Assembly: GCF_964213995.1 (NCBI RefSeq)
Contig: NW_027590210.1
Coordinates: 372,001 to 435,822, forward strand
DNA from: Mustelus asterias
Lineage: Eukaryota
Direction of reading: 5' to 3'
DNA: 63,822 nucleotides
Position numbers and translations under genes: made by a program. Positions 48,380 through 63,150 of this stretch are shown here, in pieces. The notes below the pieces were generated by a model. That model saw only the letters and a program-made list of their open reading frames with translations, did no database searches and was not told the DNA's origin. Position 1 is the stretch's first letter. Each line of letters begins with the position of its first letter.

Positions 48380-51297
48380 TGTACACTTACTCAGTCTCAC
48401 ACACATTACACACATACTCACTTTTACACACTCCCTCTTGCACACTTGCTCACACACACACTCACTCTCATAAACACTCACTTTAACACACTCACATCAA
48501 CACACACATGAATACTCCCTCACACACTCTCACACACACATTCACTCACTCGCACGCACTCNNNNNNNNNNNNNNNNNNNNNNNNNNNNNNNNNNNNNNN
48601 NNNNNNNNNNNNNNNNNNNNNNNNNNNNNNNNNNNNNNNNNNNNNNNNNNNNNNNNNNNNNNNNNNNNNNNNNNNNNNNNNNNNNNNNNNNNNNNNNACA
48701 CTCTGTCTCGCTCACACACACTCTCTGTCTCGCTCGCTCACACTCTCTGTCCCGCTCACACACACTCTCTGTCTCTCACACACACTCTCTGTCTCTCACA
48801 CACACTCTCTGTCTCTCACACACACTCTCTGTCTCTCACACACACTCTCTGTCTCTCACACACACTCTCTGTCTCGCTCACACACACTCTCTGTCTCTCA
48901 CACACACTCTCTGTCCCTCTCACACACACTCTCTGTCTCTCACACACACTCTCTGTCTCTCACACACACACTCTCTGTCTCGCTCACACACACTCTGTCT
49001 CGCTCACACACACTCTCTGTCTCGCTCACACACACTCTCTGTCTCGCTCACACACACTCACTGTCTCGCTCACACACACTCACTGTCTCGCTCACACACA
49101 CTCTCTGTCTCACACACACTCTCTGTCTCTCACACACACACTCTCTGTCTCGCTCACACACTCTCTGTCTCGCTCACACACACTCTCTGTCTCGCTCACA
49201 CACACTCTCTGTCTCGCTCACACACACTCTCTGTCTCGCTCACACACACTCTCTGTCTCGCTCACACACACTCTCTGTCTCGCTCACACACACTCTCTGT
49301 CTCTCACACACACTCTCTGTCTCTCACACACACTCTCTGTCTCTCACACACACTCTCTGTCTCTCACACACACTCTCTGTCTCTCACACACACTCTCTGT
49401 CTCTCACACACACTCTCTGTCTCTCACACACACTCTCTGTCTCTCACACACACTCTCTGTCTCTCTCACACACACTCTCTGTCTCTCTCACACACACTCT
49501 CTGTCTCTCACACACACTCTCTGTCTCTCACACACACTCTCTGTCTCTCACACACACTCTCTGTCTCTCACACACACTCTCTGTCTCTCACACACACTCT
49601 CTGTCTCGCTCACACACACTCTCTGTCCCTCTCACACACACTCTCTGTCCCTCTCACACACACTCTCTGTCTCTCACACACACTCTCTGTCTCTCACACA
49701 CACACTCTCTGTCTCTCACACACACACTCTCTGTCTCTCACACACACACTCTCTGTCTCTCACACACACTCTCTGTCTCTCACACACACACTCTCTGTCT
49801 CTCACACACACACTCTCTGTCTCTCACACACACACTCTCTGTCTCGCTCACACACACTCACTGTCTCGCTCACACACACTCACTGTCTCGCTCACACACA
49901 CTCTCTGTCTCACACACACTCTCTGTCTCTCACACACACACTCTCTGTCTCACACACACTCTCTGTCTCTCACACACACACTCTCTGTCTCGCTCACACA
50001 CACTCTCTGTCTCGCTCACACACACTCTCTGTCTCGCTCACACACACTCTCTGTCTCGCTCACACACACTCTCTGTCTCGCTCACACACACTCTCTGTCT
50101 CTCACACACACTCTCTGTCTCTCACACACACTCTCTGTCTCTCACACACACTCTCTGTCTCTCACACACACTCTCTGTCTCTCACACACACTCTCTGTCT
50201 CTCACACACACTCTCTGTCTCTCACACACACTCTCTGTCTCTCACACACACTCTCTGTCTCTCTCACACACACTCTCTGTCTCTCTCACACACACTCTCT
50301 GTCTCTCACACACACTCTCTGTCTCTCACACACACTCTCTGTCTCTCACACACACTCTCTGTCTCTCACACACACTCTCTGTCTCTCACACACACTCTCT
50401 GTCTCGCTCACACACACTCTCTGTCCCTCTCACACACACTCTCTGTCCCTCTCACACACACTCTCTGTCTCTCACACACACTCTCTGTCTCTCACACACA
50501 CACTCTCTGTCTCTCACACACACACTCTCTGTCTCTCACACACACACTCTCTGTCTCTCTCACACACACTCTCTGTCTCACACACACACTCTCTGTCTCG
50601 CTCACACACACTCTCTGTCTCTCACACACACTCTCTGTCTCTCACACACACTCTCTGTCTCTCACACACACTCTCTGTCTCTCACACACACTCTCTGTCT
50701 CTCACACACACTCTCTGTCTCTCACACACACTCTCTGTCTCTCTCACACACTCTCTGTCTCGCTCACACACACTCTCTGTCTCGCTCACACACACTCTCT
50801 GTCTCGCTCACACACACACTCTGTCTCGCTCACACACACTCTCTGTCTCGCTCACACACACTCTCTGTCTCGCTCACACACACTCTCTGTCTCGCTCACA
50901 CACACTCTCTGTCTCTCTCACACACACTCTCTGTCTCGCTCACACACACTCTCTGTCTCGCTCACACACACTCACTGTCTCGCTCACACACACTCTCTGT
51001 CTCGCTCACACACACACTCTCTGTCTCGCTCACACACTCTCTGTCTCTCTCACACACTCTCTGTCTCTCTCACACACTCTCTGTCTCTCACACACACTCT
51101 CTGTCTCTCACACACACTCTCTGTCTCTCTCACACACTCTCTGTCTCGCTCACACACACTCTCTGTCTCGCTCACACACACACTCTGTCTCGCTCACACA
51201 CACTCTCTGTCTCGCTCACACACACTCTCTGTCTCGCTCACACACACTCTCTGTCTCGCTCACACACACTCTCTGTCTCGCTCACACACACTCTGTC
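48380..51297. repeat. ~18-20-bp CA/CT minisatellite
   Basis: (cacacacactctctgtctcg/ct)n. Confidence 0.95.
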
Positions 51298-52570
51298 TTG
51301 TATCTATCCTGTGAGTGTTTGATTGGGACAGTGTAGAGGGAGCTTTATTCTGTATCTAACTCCATGCTGTCCCTGTCCTGGGTGTGTTTGATGGGGACAG
51401 TGTAGAGGGAGCTTTACTCTGTATCTAACCCCGTGCTGTACCTGTCCTGGGAGTGTTTGATGGGGACAGTGTAGAGGGAGCTTTACTCTGTATTGAATCC
51501 CGTGCTGTATTTGTCCTGGGAGTGTTTGATGGGGACAGTGTCGAGGGAGCTATACTCTGCACCTAACCCCGTGCTGTATCTGTTCCGGGAGTGTTTGATG
51601 GGGATAGTGTAGAGGGAGCTTTATCTGTATCTAACCCTGTGCTGTATATGTCCTGGAAGTGTTTGATGAGGACAGTGTCGAGGGAGCTTTACTCTGTATC
51701 TAACCCCGTGCTGTACCTGTGCTGGGCGAGTTTGATGGGGACAGTGCAGAGGGAGCTTTACTCTGTATCTAACCCCGTGCTGTATCTGTTCCGGGAGTGT
51801 TTGATGGGGACAGTGTGGAGGGAGATTTACTCTGTATCTAACCCCATGCTGTACCTGTCCTGGGACTGTTTGATGGAGACAGTGTCGAGGGAGCTTTACT
51901 CTGTATCTAACCACTTGCTGTATCTGTCCTGGGAGTGTTTGATGGTGACAGTGTCGAGGGAGCTTTACTCTGTATCTAACCCCGTGCTGTACCTGTCCTT
52001 GATTTGTCTGATGGGGATATTGTAGAGGGAGCTTTACTCCATATCTCACCCCCTGCTCTATCTGTTGTTGGAGTGTTTGATGGGGATAGTGCAGAGTGAG
52101 CTTTACTTTGTATCTAACCCATGCTGTGCCTGTCCTGGGAGTGTTTGATGGGGACAGTATCGAGGGAGCTTTATTCTTTATCTAAACCCGTGCTGTACCT
52201 GTCCTGGGCGAGTGTGTTGGGGACAGTGCAGAGGGAGCTTTCCTCTGTATCTAACCCCGTGCTGTATCTGTCCTTGGTTTGTTTGATTGATCTCCACATC
52301 ATAACTTGTTTGATGGGGACAGTGTAGAGGGAGCTTTACTCTATATCTAACCCCGTGCTGTACCTGTCCTGGGAGTGTTGGATCGGGACTGTGGAGAGGG
52401 AGCTTTACTCTGTATCGAACTCTGTGCTGTGTCTGTCCTGGGTGTGTTGGATGGGGACAGTGGAGAGAGAGCTTTACTCTGTATCGAACTCTGTGCTGTA
52501 CCTGTACCTTTCCTGTGAGTGTTTGATGGGAACAGTGTCGAGGGAGCTTTACTTTGCATCTAATCCCATG
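51298..52570. repeat. 69-bp shark satellite array
   Basis: ctttactctgtatctaaccccgtgctgtacctgtcctgggagtgtttgatggggacagtgtagagggag; also at 55030-55590, 59292-60500 and 61801-62660. Confidence 0.95.
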
Positions 52571-52599
52571 ATTCAGTTACTGATAGACTGTAGAGGAAG

Positions 52600-55027
52600 A
52601 TCAGGTCACACACACACGTTCTCCTTACACACTCTCAGACACACACACACACACACACACATGCTCTCTCTGTCTCTCACACACACATACACTATCTCTT
52701 ACGCACTCTCTCACTCACACACATGCTCTTTCTCTCTGTCACACACACTTTCTCTCACACATTCTCTCACACCCACTTTCACGCTCACACACTCTCACCC
52801 ATGCACCCTCTCTCACTGTCACACTCTCACACACATGCACTCAGTCTCACACACACACATACACTCACTCTCTCACACACATACACTCTCTCTCTCACAC
52901 ATACACTCTCTCTCTCACACATACACTNNNNNNNNNNNNNNNNNNNNNNNNNNNNNNNNNNNNNNNNNNNNNNNNNNNNNNNNNNNNNNNNNNNNNNNNN
53001 NNNNNNNNNNNNNNNNNNNNNNNNNNNNNNNNNNNNNNNNNNNNNNNNNNNNNNNNNNNNNNNNNNNNNNNNNNNNNNNNNNNNNNNNACACTCTCTCAA
53101 ACATACACTCTCTCTCACGCACACACTCTCTCTCACGCACACACTCTCTCTCACGCACACACTCTCACGCACACACTCTCTCTCACGCACACTCTCTCAC
53201 GCACACACTCTCTCACACACACGCTCTCTCTCTCACGCACACGCACTCTCTCTCACGCACACGCACTCTCCCTCACGCACACGCACTCTCTCTCGCACAC
53301 ACTCTCTCTCTCGCACACACTCTCTCTCTCGCACACACTCTCTCTCTCGCACACACTCTCTCTCTCGCACACACTCTCTCTCTCGCACACACTCTCTCTC
53401 TCGCACACACTCTCTCTCTCGCACACACTCTCTCTCTCGCACACACTCTCTCTCTCGCACACACTCTCTCTCTCGCACACACTCTCTCTCTCGCACACAC
53501 TCTCTCTCTCGCACACACTCACTCTCTCGCACACACTCTCTCTCTCGCACACACTCTCTCTCTCGCACACACTCTCTCTCTCGCACACACTCTCTCTCTC
53601 GCACACACTCTCTCTCTCGCACACACTCTCTCTCGCACACACTCTCTCTCTCGCACACACTCTCTCTCTCGCACACACTCTCTCTCTCGCACACACTCTC
53701 TCTCGCACACACTCTCTCTCTCGCACACACTCTCTCTCTCGCACACACTCTCTCTCTCGCACACACTCTCTCTCTCGCACACACTCTCTCTCTCGCACAC
53801 ACTCTCTCTCTCGCACACACTCTCTCTCTCGCACACACTCTCTCTCTCGCACACACTCTCTCTCTCGCACACACTCTCTCTCGCACACACTCTCTCTCTC
53901 GCACACACTCTCTCTCTCGCACACACTCTCTCTCTCGCACACACTCTCTCTCTCGCACACACTCTCTCTCGCACACACTCTCTCTCTCGCACACACTCTC
54001 TCTCTCGCACACACTCTCTCTCGCACACACTCTCTCTCTCGCACACACTCTCTCTCTCGCACACACTCTCTCTCTCGCACACACTCTCTCTCTCGCACAC
54101 ACTCTCTCTCTTGCACACACTCTCTCTCTCGCACACACTCTCTCTCTCGCACACACTCTCTCTCTCGCACACACTCTCTCTCTCGCACACACTCTCTCTC
54201 TCGCACACACTCTCTCTCTCGCACACACTCTCTCTCTCGCACACACTCTCTCTCTCGCACACACTCTCTCTCTCGCACACACTCTCTCTCTCGCACACAC
54301 TCTCTCTCTCGCACACACTCTCTCTCTCGCACACACTCTCTCTCTCGCACACACTCTCTCTCTCGCACACACTCTCTCTCTCGCACACACTCTCTCTCTC
54401 GCACACACTCTCTCTCTCGCACACACTCTCTCTCTCGCACACACTCTCTCTCGCACACACTCTCTCTCGCACACACTCTCTCTCTCGCACACACTCTCTC
54501 TCTCGCACACACTCTCTCTCTCGCACACACTCTCTCTCTCGCACACACTCTCTCTCTCGCACACACTCTCTCTCTCGCACACACTCTCTCGCACACACTC
54601 TCTCTCTCGCACACACTCTCTCTCTCGCACACACTCTCTCTCTCGCACACACTCTCTCTCTCGCACACACTCTCTCTCTCGCACACACTCTCTCTCTCGC
54701 ACACACTCTCTCTCTCGCACACACTCTCTCTCTCGCACACACTCTCTCTCTCGCACACACTCTCTCTCTCGCACACACTCTCTCTCTCGCACACACTCTC
54801 TCTCTCGCACACACTCTCTCTCTCGCACACACTCTCTCTCTCGCACACACTCTCTCTCTCGCACACACTCTCTCTCTCGCACACACTCTCTCTCTCGCAC
54901 ACACTCTCTCTCTCGCACACACTCTCTCTCTCGCACACACTCTCTCTCTCGCACACACTCTCTCTCTCGCACACACACACTTTCTCACACACAATCTCTC
55001 TCACACACACATTCTCTCACACACACA
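52600..55027. repeat. 18-bp (tctctctctcgcacacac)n minisatellite
   Basis: Highly homogeneous array. Confidence 0.95.
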
Positions 55028-56435
55028 ATGATGGGGAAAAATGTAGAGGAAGATTTGAGCTGTATCTAACCCCGTGCTGTACCTGTCCTGGGTGTGTTTG
55101 ATGTGCACAATGTGGAGGCAGCTTTTCCTTTAATCTAGCACCATGCTGTATCTGTCATTGGATTATTTGATAGTGACAGTGTATAGGGAGCTTCACTCTG
55201 TATCTAAACCCTTGCTGTACCTGTCCTGGGTGTGTTTGATGGGGACAGTGTAGAGGGAGCTTCACTCTGTACCCAATCCCGTGCTGTCTCTCTCCTGGAA
55301 GTGTTTTATGGGGACAGTGTAGAGCGAGCTTTGCTCTGTATCTTACCCTGTGCTGTCCCTGTCCTGCGAGTGTTTGATGGGGACAGTGTAGAGGGAGCTT
55401 TACTCTGTATCGAACCCCGTGCTGTACCTGTCCTGCGAGTGTTTGATGGAGACAGTGTCGAGGGACCTTTACTCTGTATTGAACCCCGTGCTGTATTTGG
55501 CCTGGGAGTGTTTAATGGGGACAGTGTCGAGGGAGCTATACTCTGTACCTAACCCTGTGCTGTACCTGTCCTGGGAGTTTTTGATGGGGACAGGACTTGG
55601 GGGACATTGGATTTTAGACAATGTTTAGGGTTTTAGACTTTTCGGAGTGAAATTCAGGAACACTTTGCCACACCAGGTGTGATATTAGTTTGGAACGACC
55701 TTCTATAATTCACAGTTGATGCTCAGTCGCTTATTAATGTTCAAACCTGAAGTTGATAGATGGTATTTTACACACAGGAGAAGCAATTTAAAATCAATGG
55801 GTCTATGTTAAAATACTTGCAGGAACAGAGAGACCTGGGGTTTCAGTTCATTTCTACATCTTAAAGATTCAACCTGGGGCTCAGAATCTGTCAGTTGAAT
55901 CTACTTTTCCTGTCCCGAAAACGTGTCAACAATTGTGTTGGGGAATGTGACAAAAGGTGACATTCCTGCATCCTGCACAGTCGGGTTGGGAGGTTGTTTG
56001 AAAGGAGATTCAGAAAGTGTCAATGAGATTGTGTCTCTTTGCAGAAGTTGAGTATTTCACAGGAGACGCCTTGAGATAAAGGAAAGTTTTACCAATGTCT
56101 GCGTAACTTTCAAAGTCTCCAGACGCATGAAGGGGGCAGAGATTTTGTAATATTCAGAGCAGGAGATGGGGGACAATCACAGAATTGAAGATGTGAGGCC
56201 ATCTCTTGTTTCTGAATGTCAATCTGTAGCTTTTAAACTTTAGTCCTCGGCTAATCATTCCAAGTTTGCAATCCCACACTTTGCTGTTGTTAATTTTGAG
56301 TTGTAAATTTTCTGAAATTGATTCTGTAATAAAAATCCCTACGGGATGCAATGATTCCCATTCTGTCTGCTGCTGCAAAGCCCCAGTTTGTGTCTCAGTT
56401 TCACTCTTTATCAACCACTTAAGATCCAAGAGCCA

Positions 56436-56900
56436 GAGAATTCCTACACTGCAGAATGAGGCCATTCAGCCCAACAAGCCTGCCCCGACAATAATCCCAC
56501 CCAGGCCCGAATCCCCCTGACACTAAGAGGCAATTTAGCAAACGTGCAAACTCCACACAGTCACTCGAGGCGGGGAATCGAACCCAGATCCCTGGCGCTG
56601 AGAGTCAGCAGTGCTAACCACTGTGCCACCGTGTCGCCCGGTGATGAGACAGAACGTTTGCCAAAGTGCACAGAAATAGGCAGCATTGTCAGCATTTTAG
56701 CTGGAAGCTTCAAATGACAAAGGGATCTTAATAGTAGAGTCACAGAATCCTTGCAGTGCAGAAGGAGACCATTCAGCCCATCGAGTCTGTACTGACTCTC
56801 TGACACAGTATCTTACCAAGGCCCTTGACCCAGCCCTATCCCCGTAACCCCACACATTTACCTTAATCCACCGAACCTACACAGCTTTGGACAGGAAACG
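56436..56900 (-). mobile_element. HE1 SINE fragments
   Basis: SINE head at 56560-56640 and tails. Confidence 0.75.
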
Positions 56901-56984
56901 GCAATTTACTGTGTCCAATCCACAAATTTGGAAAATACTGGGATGGATTGAGAAATGGTTTCCGGGCAGAAAACAGAGCTCAGA

Positions 56985-58655
56985 TACAAATGGGCCCTTT
57001 GGCCCAACTTTTCCCTGCCACCCAGTTTTTACCATTAAGCTCGTATCAAATGCCTTGCGTTTGGCCCAAATCCCTCCATACCAATCTTACCAGAATAACT
57101 GTCTAAATGCTTTTTAAAATATAAAATTGTGTCCGCTTCTACTCCGACCTCTGGCAGCTTGTTCCAATCCCTCACCACCCTATGTGTGAAAAGAATTGCC
57201 CTCTGGACCCTCTCCCCTCTCACCTTAAACCTATGTCTTCTAGTTTTAGACTCCCCTCCCTTTTGGAAAAGATGTTGACGAGCTTATCAAAGAACAAAGA
57301 GAATTACAGCACAGGAACAGGCCCTTCGGCCCTCCAAGCCTGCACCAACCATGCTGCCCGACTGAACTAAAACCCCCTACCCTTCCGGGGACCATATCCC
57401 TCTATTCCCATCCTATTCATGTATTTGTCCAGACGTTCCGTAAAACTCACTATCGTATCTGTTTCCACTACCTCCCCCGGCAGCGAGTTCCAGGCACCCA
57501 CCACCCTCTGTGTAAAAAAACTTGCCTTGTACATCTCCTTTAAACCTTGCCCCTCACACCTTAAACCTATGCCCCCTAGATTTTGAATCTTCCACCCTGG
57601 TAAAAAGCTTCTGACTATCCACTCTGTCCATGCCCCTCATAATCTTGTAGAATTCTATCAGGTCGCCCCCTCAACCTCCGTCGTTCCAGTGAGAACAAAC
57701 CAAGTTTCTCCAATCTCTCCTCAGAGCTAATGCCCTCCATCCTAGGAAACATCCTGGTAAATCTTTTCTGAACCCTCTCCAAAGCCTCCACATCTTTCTG
57801 GTAGTGTGTCGATCAGAATTGAACACTATATTCCAAGTGCGGCCTAACTAAGGTTCGATAAAGCTGCTGTATCCATGCCCTCATTATTTTAGAGACCTCT
57901 ATAAGAACACCACTAAGCCAACTCAAGGGAAAAAAGTCCCAGAGTATCCAGCCTCTCATTATAACTCAAACCATCAGGACCCCATAGCATCCCAGTAATT
58001 CTTTTCTGCACACTTTCTAGCTTAATAATCTCCTTTCTATAAGGGTGACCAGAACAATACACAGCATTCCAAGTGTGGTCTTACCAATGTCTTGTACAAC
58101 TCCAACAAGACGTCCCAACTCCTGTGTTCAATGTTTTGACCAATGAAACCAAGCATGTGGAATGCCTTCTTCACCACTCTATCCACCTGTGACTCCACTT
58201 TCAAGGAGCTATCAATCTGTACCCCGAGATCCCTTTGTTCTGTAACTCTCACCAACACCCTACCATTAACTGAGTAAGTCCTGTGTTTGTTCAATCTACC
58301 AAAATGTATCACCTTGCATTTATCTAAATTAAACTCCATCTGCCATTCAACAGCCCACTGGCCCAATTGATCAAGATCCCATTGCAACCCTAGATAACCT
58401 TCTTCACTGTCCACTATGCCACAAATCTTGGTGTCAACTGCAAACTTACAAACCATGCCTCCTAAATTCTCATCCAAATCATTAATGTAAATGACAAATA
58501 ACAGTGGACCCAGCACCGATCCCTGAGGCACCCCGTTGGTCACAGGCCTCCAGTTTGACAAAAAAACAACCCTCTCCAACCACCCTCTGTCTTCTGTCAT
58601 CAAGCCTATTTTATATCCATTTGGCTACCTCACCCTGGATCCCGTGAGATTTAAC
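56985..58655 (-). mobile_element. CR1 LINE RT with nested second CR1 (57289-57865)
   Basis: GVPQGSVLGPLLFVIYINDL..KFAVDTK..LVRPHLEC. Confidence 0.92.
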
Positions 58656-58709
58656 CAAATCCTGTCTGCTTTTGTTTTTAAATTTGTACATTTTTAAACA
58701 CAGAAACAG

Positions 58710-61700
58710 TTCTGTATCGAACTCTGTGCTGTACCTGTAACTTTCCTGGGAGTGTTTGATGGGAACAGTGTCGAGGGAGCTTTACTTTGCATCTAATCCC
58801 GTGTTTCAGTCACTGATAGACTGTAGAGGAAGATCAGGTCACACACACGCTCTCCTTACACACTCTCAGACACACACACACACACACACATACACACACA
58901 TGCTCTCTCTGTCTCTCACACACACATACACTATCTCTTACGCACTCTCTCACTCACACACATGCTCTTCCTCTCTGTCACACACACATTCTCTCTGTCA
59001 CACACATTCTCTCACACACACTTTCACGCTCACACACTCTCACCGATGCATTCTCTCACTGACACACTCTCACACACATGCACTCAGTCTCGCACACACA
59101 TTCACTCAATCTCTCACTCACATACACTCTCTCTCTCACACNNNNNNNNNNNNNNNNNNNNNNNNNNNNNNNNNNNNNNNNNNNNNNNNNNNNNNNNNNN
59201 NNNNNNNNNNNNNNNNNNNNNNNNNNNNNNNNNNNNNNNNNNNNNNNNNNNNNNNNNNNNNNNNNNNNNNNNNNNNNNNNNNNNNNNNNNNTAGAGGAAG
59301 ATTTGAGCTGTATCTAACCCCGTGCTGTACCTGTCCTGGGGCTGTTTGATGTGCACAATGTGGAGGCAGCTTTTCCTTTAATCTCGCACCATGCTGTATC
59401 TGTCTTTGGATTATTTGATGGGGACAGTGTATAGGGAGCTTCACTCTGTATCTCACCCCATGCTGTACCTGTCCTGGGAGTGTTTGATGGGGACAGTGTA
59501 TAGGGAGCTTCACTCTGTACCTAAACCCGTGCTGTTCATGTCCTGGGAGTGTTTGATGGGGATAGTGTAGAGGGAGCTTTATCTGTATCTAACCCTGTGC
59601 TGTATATGTCCTGGGAGTGTTTGATGAGGACAGCGAAGTGGGAGCTTTACTCTATATCTAACCACTTGCTGTATCTGTCGTGGGTGTGTTTGATGGGGAC
59701 AATGTGGGGGGAGCTTTACTCTATCTAATCCCGTGCTGTACCTGTCCTGGGAGTGTTTGATGGGGGACAGTGTAGAGGGAGATTTACTCTGTATCTCACC
59801 CCGTGCTGTATCTGTTCCGGGAGTGTTTGATGGGGACAGCGTGGAGGGAGATTTACCCTGTATTTAACCCCATGTTGTACCTGTCCTGGGACTGTTTGAT
59901 GGGGACAGTGTCGAGGGAGCTTTACTCTATATCTAACCCCGTGCTGTACCTGTCCTGGGAGTGTTTGATGGGGACAGTGTCGAGGGAGCTTTACTCTAAA
60001 TCTAACCACTTGCTGTATCTGTCCTGGGAGTGTTTGATGGGGATAGTGCAGAAGGAGCTTTACTTTGTATCGAACCCATGCTGTGAATGTCCTGGGAGTG
60101 TTTGATGTGGACATTATCGAGGGAGCTTTACTCTTTATCTAAACCCGTGCTGTACCTGTCCTGGGCGGGTTTGTTGGGGACAGTGTAGAGGGAGCTTTAC
60201 TCTGTATCTAATCCCGTGCTGTATCTGTCCTTGGTTTGTTTGATGGGGACAGTGTAGAGGGAGCTTTACTCTCCATCTAACCCCGTGCTGTACCTGTCCT
60301 GGGACTGTTTGATGGGAACAGTGCAGAGGATGCTTTACTCTGTATCTAACCCCGTGCTGTACCTGTCCTGGGAGTGTTTGATGGGAACAGTGTAGAGAGA
60401 GCTTTACTCTGTATCGAACTCTGTGCTGTACCTGTACCTTTCCTGGGAGTGTTGGATGGGAACAGTGTCGAGGGAGCTTTACTTTGCATCTAATCCCGTG
60501 ATTCAGTTACTGATAGACTGCCGAGGAAGATCAGGTCACACACATGCTCTCCTGACACACTCTCAGACACACACACACACACACACACACATGCTCTCTC
60601 TGTCTCTCACACACACATGCACTATCTCTGACGCACTCTCTCACTCACACACATGCTCTTTCTCTCTCTCACACACACTTTCTCTCTCTCTCACACATTC
60701 TCTCTCACACACATTCTCTCACACACACTTTCACGCTCACACACTCTCACGCATGCATTCTCTCTCATTGTCACACTCTCACACACATGCACTCAGTCTC
60801 TCACACACACATACACTCACTCTCTCACACACATACACTCTCTCTCTCACACATAGACTCTCTCTCAAGGATATACTCTCTCCCACACACANNNNNNNNN
60901 NNNNNNNNNNNNNNNNNNNNNNNNNNNNNNNNNNNNNNNNNNNNNNNNNNNNNNNNNNNNNNNNNNNNNNNNNNNNNNNNNNNNNNNNNNNNNNNNNNNN
61001 NNNNNNNNNNNNNNNNNNNNNNNNNNNNNNNNNNNNNNANNNNNNNNNNNNNNNNNNNNNNNNNNNNNNNNNNNNNNNNNNNNNNNNNNNNNNNNNNNNN
61101 NNNNNNNNNNNNNNNNNNNNNNNNNNNNNNNNNNNNNNNNNNNNNNNNNNNNNNNNNNNNNNNNNNNNNNNNNNNNNNNNNNNNNNNNNNNNNNNNNNNN
61201 NNNNNNNNNNNNNNNNNNNNNNNNNNNNNNNNNNNNNNNNNNNNNNNNNNNNNNNNNNNNNNNNNNNNNNNNNNNNNNNNNNNNNNNNNNNNNNNNNNNN
61301 NNNNNNNNNNNNNNNNNNNNNNNNNNNNNNNNTCTCACGCCCACGCTCTCTCTCTCGCACACACTATCTCCCTCACACACTCTCTCTCTCTAACACACAC
61401 ACACTCTCTCTCACGCACATGCTCTCTCTCACGCACACGCTCTCTCTCACGCACATGCTCTCTCTCACGCACATGCTCTCTCTCACGCACACGCTCTCTC
61501 TCTCGCACACACTCTCTCTCTCGCACACACTCTCTCTCTCGCACACACTCTCTCTCTCGCACACACTCTCTCTCTCGCACACACTCTCTCTCTCACACAC
61601 ACTCTCTCTCTCGCACACACTCTCTCTCGCACACACTATCTCTCTCACACACTNNNNNNNNNNNNNNNNNNNNNNNNNNNNNNNNNNNNNNNNNNNNNNN

Positions 61701-63150
61701 NNNNNNNNNNNNNNNNNNNNNNNNNNNNNNNNNNNNNNNNNNNNNNNNNNNNNNNNNNNNNNNNNNNNNNNNNNNNNNNNNNNNNNNNNNNNNNNNNNNN
61801 GAAGATTTGAGCTGTATCTAACCCTGTGCTGTACCTGTCCTGGGGCTGTTTGATGTGCACAATGTGGAGGTAGCCTTTCCTTTAATCTAGCACCATGCTG
61901 TATCTGTCATTGGATTATTTGATAGTGACAGTGTATCGGGAGCTTCACTCTGTATCTAAACCCTTGCTGTACCTGTCCTGGGAGTGTTTGATGGGGACAG
62001 TGTAGAGGGAGCTTTACTCTGTATCTAACCCCGTGCTGTACCTGTCCTGGGAGTGTTTGATGGGGACAGTGTAGAGGGAGCTTTACTCTGTATCTAATCC
62101 CGTGCTGTACCTGTCCTGGGAGTGTTTGATGGGGACAGTATAGAGGAAGCTTTACTCTGTATCTAACCCTGTGCTGTACCTGTCCTGGGAGTGTTTGATG
62201 GGGACAGTGTAGAGGGAGCTTCACTCTGTATCTAAACACGTGCTGTACCTGTCCTGGGAGTGTTTGATGGGGACAGTGTCGAGGGAGCTTTACTCTGTAT
62301 CTAATCCCGTACTGTACCTGTCCTGGGCGGGTTTGTTGGGGACAGTGCAGAGGGAGCTTTACTCTGTATCTAATCCCGTGCTGTATCTGTCCTTGGTTTG
62401 TTTGATGGGGACAGTGTAGAGGGAGCTTTACTCTACATCTAACCCCGTGCTGTACCTGTCCTGGGACTGTTTGATGGGAACAGTGTAGAGGATGCTTTAC
62501 TCTGTATCTAACCCCGTGCTGTACCTGTCCTGGGAGTGTTTGATGGGAACAGTGTAGAGAGAGCTTTACTCTGTATCGAACTCTGTGCTGTACCTGTACC
62601 TTTCCTGGGAGTGTTGGATGGGAACAGTGTCGAGGGAGCTTTACTTTGCATCTAATCCCGTGATTCAGTTACTGATAGACTGTCGAGGAAGATCAGGTCA
62701 CACACATGCTCTCCTTACACACTCTCAGACACACACACACACACACACATGCTCTCTCTGTCTCTCACACACACATGCACTATCTCTTACGCACTCTCTC
62801 ACTCACACACATGCTCTTTCTCTCTCTCACACACACTTTCTCTCTCTCTCACACATTCTCTCTCACACACATTCTCTCACACACACTTTCACGCTCACAC
62901 ACTCTCACGCATGCATTCTCTCTCATTGTCACACTCTCACACACATGCACTCAGTCTCTCACACACACATACACTCACTCTCTCACACACATACACTCTC
63001 TCTCTCACACATAGACTCTCTCTCAAGCATATACTCTCTCCCACACACACACTCTCTCTCACGCACACACTCTCTCTCACACACACACTCTCTCTCTCAC
63101 ACACACTCTCTCTCTCACACACACACTCTCTCTCTCTCACACACTCTGCA
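58710..63150. repeat. Higher-order repeat: 69-bp satellite + linker + CA/CT microsatellite
   Basis: Linker ctgatagactg..gaggaagatcaggtcacacac at ~52580, ~58812, ~60510 and ~62672. Confidence 0.9.

Noticed and set aside
48508-55101. Very long ORFs (942, 904, 792, 585 aa)
   Set aside because: Translations of stop-free CA/CT repeats and N-runs.
60892-61331. N-run containing a single called base
   Set aside because: Assembly or masking artefact, not biology.
51298-62660. 69-bp array as CRISPR or RSS array (gacagtg)
   Set aside because: No unique spacers and eukaryotic context; the heptamer lacks the essential CAC and has no nonamer.
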